Positions 38,684 to 46,268 of a DNA stretch of 64,000 nt are shown piece by piece. Position 1 is the stretch's first letter, and each line of letters opens with the position of its first letter. Source of the stretch: Ostreococcus lucimarinus (Eukaryota). The stretch is from the NCBI GenBank assembly GCA_000092065.1, contig CP000596.1; one strand, written 5' to 3'. The translations under genes were made by a program, and so were the position numbers. The notes under the pieces were generated by a model. It was not told the origin of the DNA, did no database searches, and saw nothing but the letters and a program-made list of their open reading frames with translations.

Positions 38684-39064
38684 ATGAGATTAGTTGTCGG
38701 CGCGCGCGTGGACGGATGGACGGACGGACGGAGAGACGCGCCCTTCGCGATGGGTCGACCGTACGCGTGGAGACGCGGCGCCGGCGCGAGCGCGCGACGA
38801 CGAAAGCGCGGCGACGGCGACGACGACGACGACGAGCCCGGACCGGTGATGCGTCGGTTCACCGAACTCGCGCGCGCGCATCGATCGGCGGAGATGGTTC
38901 GAGCGGCGGCGGCGGTGGCGGCGGCGGCGAACGCGACGAGCGACGAACGCGAAGAGACGCGGCGCGTGCGCGTCGAGCGGACGCCGAACGGCGAAAGCGT
39001 CGTCGTCATGGACGACGCGAAGGAAGGCGATGATGGTGACGACACGGCGGCGAAGAAGACGTAG
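38684..39064 (+). CDS. hypothetical small acidic protein
   Basis: 126-aa ORF from ATG 38684 (MRLVVGARVDGWTDGRRDAPF..), D/E-rich. No family recognised. Confidence 0.3.
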   Translation: MRLVVGARVDGWTDGRRDAPFAMGRPYAWRRGAGASARRRKRGDGDDDDDEPGPVMRRFTELARAHRSAEMVRAAAAVAAAANATSDEREETRRVRVERTPNGESVVVMDDAKEGDDGDDTAAKKT

Positions 39065-39130
39065 AGCGAGGTCTCGGACGACGATCGATCGAACGCCGGC
39101 TGCTGAAAAACGTTCGCCGCGCGACGCGAA

Positions 39131-39186
39131 ATGATTCATTCATTCATACATACATTCATTCATACATTCATACATTCATAACGAAC
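39131..39186 (+). repeat. (CATT/CATA)n microsatellite, TTCATTCAT-type
   Basis: gattcattcattcatacatacattcattcatacattcatacattcataacg read directly, ~70 bp 3' of the stop at 39064. Confidence 0.85.
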
Positions 39187-39276
39187 AAAACGCACAAAAT
39201 TGTTGTTATAACAAGGACAACGTGATTAGATAAATTAATTATGTAGGACATCAACGTTCAACGTTCTTTAACTCTG

Positions 39277-41190
39277 TCACGCCGCCGTCGGCGTCGACGA
39301 CGTCGACGCCGCGGTGAGCGCGGCTTCGACTTGCTCGCGAAGTTCTGCTGCCTCTTCGGCGCTGCGACCGTACTTAACCTTCATCTGCCAGGTGATGGCT
39401 TTGCCGCACCGCTCGACGCTCTCGCCCTGATCCCAGAGCTGCATCGCTCGGGCGACTGCTTTCTTTTGCGCCTCGAAGAGCTCCGGATCCGTCGGATTGG
39501 CGTCGGCCTCGACCTGCGCTTCAGTGTAACGAGTGCAAATGTCGTGACTGTACGCGGCGACGGTGGACGAAATACCTGTTGGATCGAACAGCGCCGCGAC
39601 TTCGGCGGCGGCTCTGATGCCGTCAGCCTCCGTCTCGACGGACATCATGTCCTCGATGCCCCCGGCGATGCCGTCGGCCGTGCTGACGACCTGATCGATG
39701 TTGTCGTAGGCGTCCTTCAGCTCTTCCGCAGTTTTCTTAACCGCTTTCGCGGTGTCACCGATCTTGTCAGCGGCTTTGGCGCATTTCGTCGCGGTTTTGA
39801 CTCCGATCTTAGCCCCCGTCGTCGCGCCAGAGCTCGCACCGAGCGTGGCGAAGAAGGCAACCATCTCGAGCGGGCCCATGATCTGGTCGGTAACGACCAG
39901 CGCGCACGTGGCGTCGTCGGCGGCGGCACCCATGCCGCATTCGACCCATCGATTAGCGTTCACTGTAGGAGGTTCGCCCCAGCAGACGAACGCCGCGCCG
40001 ACGAATCCCTCTTTGCAAGGCTCGTAGCAGAGGCCGGCGTCGTACTCGTAGCCGGGGGGACAGGTCGCCGGCTCCATGCCTGGGGAGAGGTGAGTGTGTT
40101 TCGTGCAGCTCGGGGCGATGCCGCCCTCGTAACCTTGATCCTGGCAGTCCATCGTGCAAATATTTGATCCAAAGTTGCTGTATCCGCTCCTGCACTTGTC
40201 GTAGCACAGACCGAGGTAGTCCTCCTTGCCTTTTTTAGTGCAAAGATCTCCGCCACACCGCACACTGAACGTGGACCAGCTCCATTCGCACTCGATGGTA
40301 CCGACGCCGCGACCGTAACTCGCGTCGGGGTTGGAACATAACAATCCGTGGTCGTCCCAACCGCTCGAGCACGACTGATGACAGTCGTAGCCAAAGCGAT
40401 AATAACCAGCGCCGAAGTTTGAGCACTTGTCGTAGCAATACAAACCACCGGCGATGATTTCTTTTTTGCCATCGTCGCCGCAGTACTGCGGAATGATGCC
40501 GTCGCGCGTGTACGATTCGCGCCAGCAAAATCCCGAGCCTTCGTCGACTTCTTGGGCGTACTCGCCGATGATCTCGCTCGACCAACTAGTGACGGTGCCC
40601 GCGTGTTCGACCACGTTTCCTACCCAGCCGAAATTGAGTCCGAGCGCGGCCGTGTCGTTCGACGCTTTACGGCGTTTGTCGATTTTCTTACGCTTTCGCG
40701 CCGTCTCCTTCTCCCGGTCGCGCGCCTCCGCGACGCGCCTCTCGAGCGCCGCCTGAACCATCGATTCCTTCGACGCGCACGTGCCATTCGTCGCGACGGC
40801 CCTCTCCGCCGCGGTGAGATCGGACAACTCAAAGGTCGACTTTCGCAGCGCGCGCTCCGCCTCCGCTTCGACGTCCGCAGCCTTCGCCGTCATGACGGCG
40901 ATCGTCTCGTTGAGCATCGCCTCTCGCTGCCTCGCGTTCACGGCGGCGCCCAATCGCGCGCGAGGCGTCGGCGTCGGCGTCGGCGTCGCGTCGACCGCGC
41001 GCGCGACGCGCGGCGTCGTTCGCGTCGTCGGAATCGTCGTCGTCGTCGTCGTCCCGCGTCGACCCGCGAGCGCGACGACCGCGCACGCCGCGACGCCGAG
41101 CGCGACGACCGTCGTCGTCCCGGCGTCGACCGCGCGTCGGTCCCGTCGCGATCGTCGCAACAGCGGATCGCGCTCGCCCGGCTTCGACAT
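39277..41190 (-). CDS. novel type-II membrane protein with coiled-coil stalk and three Cys-rich G-L-C-Y-x2-C repeats
   Basis: ATG at 41188-41190 (MSKPGERDPLLRRSRR..), then TM VVALGVAACAVVALAG, a T/P-rich linker and a coiled-coil region. Repeats: GLYCYDKCSNFGAGYYRFGYDCHQSC, GLCYDKCRSGYSNFGSNICTMDC, GLCYEPCKEGFVGAAFVCWGEP. C-terminal K/A/T-rich region. The ORF-track start at 41277 is a GTG. Confidence 0.5.
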   Translation of the reverse strand: MSKPGERDPLLRRSRRDRRAVDAGTTTVVALGVAACAVVALAGRRGTTTTTTIPTTRTTPRVARAVDATPTPTPTPRARLGAAVNARQREAMLNETIAVMTAKAADVEAEAERALRKSTFELSDLTAAERAVATNGTCASKESMVQAALERRVAEARDREKETARKRKKIDKRRKASNDTAALGLNFGWVGNVVEHAGTVTSWSSEIIGEYAQEVDEGSGFCWRESYTRDGIIPQYCGDDGKKEIIAGGLYCYDKCSNFGAGYYRFGYDCHQSCSSGWDDHGLLCSNPDASYGRGVGTIECEWSWSTFSVRCGGDLCTKKGKEDYLGLCYDKCRSGYSNFGSNICTMDCQDQGYEGGIAPSCTKHTHLSPGMEPATCPPGYEYDAGLCYEPCKEGFVGAAFVCWGEPPTVNANRWVECGMGAAADDATCALVVTDQIMGPLEMVAFFATLGASSGATTGAKIGVKTATKCAKAADKIGDTAKAVKKTAEELKDAYDNIDQVVSTADGIAGGIEDMMSVETEADGIRAAAEVAALFDPTGISSTVAAYSHDICTRYTEAQVEADANPTDPELFEAQKKAVARAMQLWDQGESVERCGKAITWQMKVKYGRSAEEAAELREQVEAALTAASTSSTPTAA

Positions 41191-41305
41191 CGCGACGGAC
41201 GGCGTCGCGGGGTGGCGATCCGCGTCACCAGGCGGTCGGGCGGCCAACGGCCGCAGGCTGGACAAAACGCGCGCCACGTTTGTAAGCTCATGGGTCTAAA
41301 TGGTA

Positions 41306-41329
41306 CTAAATACACAGAAAACAAAACGA
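41306..41329 (+). repeat. 24-bp direct repeat copy 2 (ctaaatacacagaaaacaaaacga)
   Basis: Exact match to 38601..38624, in the same + orientation, ~117 bp beyond the minus-strand ATG at 41190. Confidence 0.8.
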
Positions 41330-41397
41330 GGTTGCACACTCGATGCACTCGATGAATGAAATGAATGAACTAGATGAACGCGAAACGATTCACTCAT

Positions 41398-42597
41398 TCA
41401 TTCGCCCCCGACCGCGTCGAAATCGAAATCTACGCCGACGCGCTCGCACGCTCGTCTGAAGTCGTCCGGCACCGGCGCGACGATCCGGGGCACGCCGGCG
41501 AAATCTTTCGCCGGGAAGCGAAGCGTCCACGCGTGCAGCGCGTGCCTGTCGACGACGTCGGCGTCGAGGCAGCCGTACGCGGCGTCGCCGACGATCGGTA
41601 GACCGATCGCGGCCAAGTGGACGCGAATCTGATGCGTGCGTCCGGTCTTCGGGCGACACCGCACGAGGGCGTGTCGGCGATTTCGAGCCACAATCGTCCA
41701 CTCCGTCGACGCCGGTTTGCCGTCGGCGGAGGACGTCTCGACGAAGAACCTCGCGCCGTCGTCGCGCTTCGCCAACGCGAGATCTATCGTCCCGGACGAC
41801 GCTCCGCCTCCCGAAACATCAAATTCATCGCACCGACACAGCGCCAAGTACGTCTTCTCGACCTCGCGACGCTCGAACGCGCCTTGCGCGCGCGCCGCCG
41901 CCTTTGCGTTTTTGCACACCACGAGCGCGCCCGACGTCTCTAAATCCAATCTATGCGCCACGTACGGCACCAAACTCGCCCCGAGCACGACGTTCGACGC
42001 CAACGCGCCGTCGTGCGCGTCGACGAGTCGTCGCCGCCACCGCGCGACGACGAGCGACGCCGCGCTCGAATCCGCCACGCGCGACTCGGGCGTCGACGCC
42101 GTTCCCGCGCGTTTATTCACGCACGTCATCTCCTCGTCCTCGTGCAGTATCTCCAGCGCCTCCACGTCCTCCGTCTCGCACGCCAATCCCATCGGCGTCG
42201 CCTCGACCTCGCGTCGTATCGTTCGCGCGACGCTTTCGGCGTCGACGCGACCGACGCGTCTCGCCACCTCGCTCGCGCGCGTCGTCGCCCCCCGCGCGCC
42301 TCGCGCCCACCCGAACCGCCACGCCATGATCTCGTGCGCTCGAGATCGTTCACCGTGCCTGCGAACGACGCTCGCGCGCAGGATATCGCGCTCGCGCGCC
42401 GCGAACGCGTCGCCGCGCAGCGCGTCCGGCGCGCACAGACTCAGGTGTCGCGTCTTCGCATTCTCCAGCCCGCAGCACGGACACCGCGGTCGCGGCGCGG
42501 CGTCGCGTCGGCGCGTCGCGTCGGCGCGCGTCGTTTCTCGTCGCGCGTCGCGCCGGCGCGGTCGCGTCGCCGCGATCGTCGCGCGACGCGCCGCCAT
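41398..42597 (-). CDS. RluA-family pseudouridine synthase
   Basis: HRLDLETSGALVVCKNAKAA.. catalytic Asp motif and ..KTGRTHQIRVHLAAIGLPIVGD.. The N-terminal region has CPCCG. Start approx. at cat 42595-42597, about 30 bp from the ATG of the divergent downstream gene. Confidence 0.7.
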   Translation of the reverse strand: MAARRATIAATRPRRRDARRETTRADATRRRDAAPRPRCPCCGLENAKTRHLSLCAPDALRGDAFAARERDILRASVVRRHGERSRAHEIMAWRFGWARGARGATTRASEVARRVGRVDAESVARTIRREVEATPMGLACETEDVEALEILHEDEEMTCVNKRAGTASTPESRVADSSAASLVVARWRRRLVDAHDGALASNVVLGASLVPYVAHRLDLETSGALVVCKNAKAAARAQGAFERREVEKTYLALCRCDEFDVSGGGASSGTIDLALAKRDDGARFFVETSSADGKPASTEWTIVARNRRHALVRCRPKTGRTHQIRVHLAAIGLPIVGDAAYGCLDADVVDRHALHAWTLRFPAKDFAGVPRIVAPVPDDFRRACERVGVDFDFDAVGGE

Positions 42598-42627
42598 CCG
42601 ACGGCGCGTCACTTTTTGACGCATTCG

Positions 42628-44001
42628 ATGTCGCAGCGGACGTCGTGCGCGCGCGACGCGCCGGTGAAGCGCGGCGCGCGCCATCGGTGCGCCGCGGCGC
42701 ACCAAACGAAACGCCTCGCGCGGCGCGCGGCGCCGGCGCCGCTGTTCCAGCCGGGATCCGTCGTCGCGCGGTTCGTGGACGCGGCGAAAAATCAAATCGA
42801 TTGGGACCGCGCGGTCGAGTGGGCGAACGGCGCGACGGACGGCGACGGCGACGCGATCGCGAGCAATCCAGCGATCGGGTTGATTCTGGGCGAGGTGAGG
42901 ACGTGCGGCGCGGACGCGGCGGCGCTGCGAGGGACGCGGTCGGGGAGGTACAAGGAGTACGCGCTGCAGCGGACGCTCGGGATGAAGGCGGTGCTGACGC
43001 GAGCGACGACGGAGGCGGGAGTGCTGGACGCGAAGACGCGGTGCGCGATCGGACGAAAGCTGGCGGATCCGTCGAGCGGGGCGTCGCTGTTTCACGCGTA
43101 CGCGAAAAACGCGGACGCGGCGATGGACGCGTTCGTGAGGGGGGTGGAGGAGGATTTGAGAGAAATCGCGGACGGCGACGAGGCGGCGTTGGATTTGGCG
43201 AGAACGAAGAATTTTTACGGCGAACGCGTGACGGAGAGACACTTCGCGTTCGTGAACGAACAACTCGCGAACGCGCTCGCGAAGGCGGACGAATCGCGCG
43301 GGTCGGCGGCGCAAAAAGTGAAGGTGGTTCCGGTGTTGGTGCCGAACACGGACGCGACCGAGGACGAGGAAGAGGACGACGAAAACGCCGACTTCATGTT
43401 TGGTAAAAAGTCAAAAAAGAAGAAGAAGAAGGCCGCCGCCAACGTTTCTGCGGCGAGCGTGGCGTCCATCGCGAGCGAGGTGTCCGCGTCTTCCACGTCG
43501 TTCGTGGACGCGTTGACGAAGATGGTCGCCTCGAAGATGGGTTCGACGAAGGAGCCGGCGTTCCCGGAGATCGAATCGTGGGGTCAAACGACCTCGGCCG
43601 AGGCCTCGGGCGCGGTCGTCGCGCTTCTCGCCGGCGCCCCGAGCGGATCGGTGGTTATTTTACCCAGCGAATTAATGCTTCGAACGCTCACGTTCGACGT
43701 CCCCGCGGGCGACGCCGTAAACTCAAACGGCGCTCGCGCTTTTTGCGTCGATTCGATTCCAGACGACGTCGACGCCGAGTGCGCGCTTTGGGTGTCCTTC
43801 GACCCTAACGACGCCACCGAAGGCGCGTGGCGAGATCCCAAATTCAAGCGCGCGTTCAAAGCGCTCGCGAAAGTTCCCGTCGTCGTCGCGCTCTTATCCC
43901 GCGTCCCGGATGTGCCGAGCGCCGACGAGCTCGTCGCCGCCGCCGCCGCCGCGAGTTCGCGCGCGCACGAACGCTTAAACGCGATCGAGGATGAAGAGTA
44001 A
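42628..44001 (+). CDS. hypothetical conserved-looking protein with K-rich linker
   Basis: 457 aa from ATG ~42628. Mixed-composition domains (..FHAYAKNADAAMDAFVRGVEEDL.. ; ..FMFGKKSKKKKKKAAANVSA.. ; C-terminal ..AWRDPKFKRAFKALAKVPVVVALL..). Family not recognised. Confidence 0.35.
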   Translation: MSQRTSCARDAPVKRGARHRCAAAHQTKRLARRAAPAPLFQPGSVVARFVDAAKNQIDWDRAVEWANGATDGDGDAIASNPAIGLILGEVRTCGADAAALRGTRSGRYKEYALQRTLGMKAVLTRATTEAGVLDAKTRCAIGRKLADPSSGASLFHAYAKNADAAMDAFVRGVEEDLREIADGDEAALDLARTKNFYGERVTERHFAFVNEQLANALAKADESRGSAAQKVKVVPVLVPNTDATEDEEEDDENADFMFGKKSKKKKKKAAANVSAASVASIASEVSASSTSFVDALTKMVASKMGSTKEPAFPEIESWGQTTSAEASGAVVALLAGAPSGSVVILPSELMLRTLTFDVPAGDAVNSNGARAFCVDSIPDDVDAECALWVSFDPNDATEGAWRDPKFKRAFKALAKVPVVVALLSRVPDVPSADELVAAAAAASSRAHERLNAIEDEE

Positions 44002-44385
44002 TTGATTATTTATAGACATCTCACTTATAGCCCGAGACGTCACACCGCGACGCGTCGCCGCGAACCGAGCCGGCGAAGGCGAATGTTCCCACCCATCGCC
44101 ACCGCGTGCGTCGCCACCGCCGCGCTCGTACACGTCATCCACGACGTGAACGATCGTCGAAGGCGCGCGAAGCGCGAGAGAGAGCCGGTGCGTCGTCGAT
44201 TTTCCGCGTCCGCGACGACGAATGCGTGAATGAATGATTCAAAATAATCAATCATCTTCGACGCGCGCGCGAGACGCGCGACGCGAGCGACGCGCGACGC
44301 GAACGACTGACGACGATCGCGCGATGCCGCTTCGTTCGCCGCGAAGCGCCCGGCGCCGAGATACGCGGGAAAACCGACGCTGTCG

Positions 44386-45117
44386 GTGTCGCTCACGACG
44401 GCGACGCCTCGGGCGGCGTACTGCGGCTGTTGCGAACCGACGGACAGCGCGCCCGAAGCCTCCGCGGACGGCGCGTGGACGTCGCCGCCGAAGACACCGC
44501 TCGCGGCAAAAAAGCCGGACCCGTTCAACGCGTCGGCGCGACCGCGGTATCTGTCTTGGGATGATTATTTCATGTCGGTGGCGTTTCTGAGCGCGCAGCG
44601 GTCGAAGGATCCGAATAAACAAGTCGGCGCGTGCATCGTGGGGAAGGATAAGCTGATCTTAGGCGTGGGGTATAACGGATTTCCTCGCGGATGCCCCGAT
44701 AACGCGCTGCCGTGGAGTAAAAAGAGCGCGAACGACGATCCGTTGGAGACCAAGTACGCGTACGTGTGCCACGCGGAGATGAACGCGATTATGAACAAGA
44801 ACTCCGCCTCCGTCGCCGGTGGATCGCTGTTCGTGACGATGTATCCGTGCAACGAATGCGCGAAATTGGTGATCCAGGCTGGGATCAAGGAGGTGGTGTA
44901 CTACGAAGGGAAAATCAGTGGGACGAGGGAGACGCCGACGACGCCGGGCGACGCGCGCGTGGCCAAGCGCGACGACCCGATTTACGCCGCCGCGAATAGA
45001 CTTTTAAATCTCGCGGGCGTGCGCGTGCGTCAGCATCGACCCGAAATCGCGCTCGAGGTGACGTACTTGGAGCACGAGGACGCGGATTACGGTCAATCCG
45101 CGGACGCGTCGGCGTGA
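44386..45117 (+). CDS. dCMP deaminase (cytidine/deoxycytidylate deaminase fold)
   Basis: ..[58 protein letters not shown]. The ORF-track start is a GTG and the true ATG is uncertain. Confidence 0.8.
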   Translation: MSLTTATPRAAYCGCCEPTDSAPEASADGAWTSPPKTPLAAKKPDPFNASARPRYLSWDDYFMSVAFLSAQRSKDPNKQVGACIVGKDKLILGVGYNGFPRGCPDNALPWSKKSANDDPLETKYAYVCHAEMNAIMNKNSASVAGGSLFVTMYPCNECAKLVIQAGIKEVVYYEGKISGTRETPTTPGDARVAKRDDPIYAAANRLLNLAGVRVRQHRPEIALEVTYLEHEDADYGQSADASA

Positions 45118-45242
45118 CGAATAGGCGAGAGGTGGGTTGTAATTGTATAGCTGTGGCGATTTATATTGAAAGAAACGCCGCGATGGTGTCAACGTGAAAT
45201 TCGATGAGTCGCGCATAGTACGAATCAAACGACGACGACGAC

Positions 45243-45650
45243 TTAATCTCTACCCTCCTCGCGGCTCTTCGCGGCGGAGATTTCTTCGACTTCTTCCCAG
45301 GCAGCCGGGCAGTCGTCGGTGCACTGCTTCGCCGCCGCGATGGCGGCTTCCAACGCCGCCTCCATCTTTTGCATGCGCGCCGTGTTCACCTTCTTCGTGA
45401 CTTCCTTCATGCCCGCGGCCGCGGCTTCGATTTCCTTCAACGTCTTCGCATCGACTTGACCCGCCGCGCGCGCCGCGGAGATCGTCTTCTTCGTCGATTC
45501 GATGAACGCCTTGTCCGCCGCCGAGATTTCGACCTCCTTCATGGAGTCTTGTCCCTTGTCCTTGGACGCCGCGCTCAATTCCTCGACGTCGTCCCAAGCG
45601 ACCGCGCAATCATCGACGCACTCCTCCGCCGCCTTCAGCGCCGCTTCCAA
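45243..45650 (-). CDS. CP12-like protein with two tandem C-x3-C-AW(D/E)xVEE(L/I)SAA modules (N-terminus probably extends upstream)
   Basis: ..AAEECVDDCAVAWDDVEELSAASK.. and ..AAKQCTDDCPAAWEEVEEISAAKS.. resemble the CP12 AWD-VEEL core, each preceded by a Cys pair. The start codon at 45650 is TTG, and the frame stays open further upstream (R-rich, transit-peptide-like). Confidence 0.45.
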   Translation of the reverse strand: MEAALKAAEECVDDCAVAWDDVEELSAASKDKGQDSMKEVEISAADKAFIESTKKTISAARAAGQVDAKTLKEIEAAAAGMKEVTKKVNTARMQKMEAALEAAIAAAKQCTDDCPAAWEEVEEISAAKSREEGRD

Positions 45651-46268
45651 TCGTTCGCTCGCGTCCGTCGCTCTCGCGACGACGCCGGCTCTTCCCGCGC
45701 GTCTCGTCGTCGTCTGTCGTCCGCGTCGCTCGCCTCGTCAGTCGTCCCGTCCCGTCCCGTCCCGTCCCTCGTCGTCGCGTCGATCGCCGACGACCCCTCG
45801 CCTGCGTCGCTCGGTGCCTCCGTCGCGTCTTCCGGCGCGTCGCGTCCATCGCCGTCGTCGTCCGCGCGCGCGATCGATCGATCGATCGATCGATCGCTCG
45901 ATCGATCGAGCTTATCCTAGATCGCGTTCGCGCGCGCGAATGCGCCGCGTCTCGCGCGCGTCGCGTCGCGGTTCGAGCGGTTCGCGCGGTCGCGTCGCGG
46001 TCGTCGTCGTCGCACCTTGCGCGAGAATCGCGTCGACGCGGGGCGCGCGATCGCGGCGGTCGTCGTCGTCGGCGTCGCGAGCATGGCGGGCGCGGTGTGC
46101 GGGGGCGGGCGCGGCGCGGCGCGTTTACGGCGACGTGGGGGGTGTGTTGATGGTGGTTTCGAGTGTTCGAATATGGGCGCGTGGGGTTAGGGTTTTGAGT
46201 GGCGCGCGGTCGATCGGTCGGTCGGTCGGTCGTCTACGATTCGTGAAGTGGGTGTCTACTGGTCGCGT

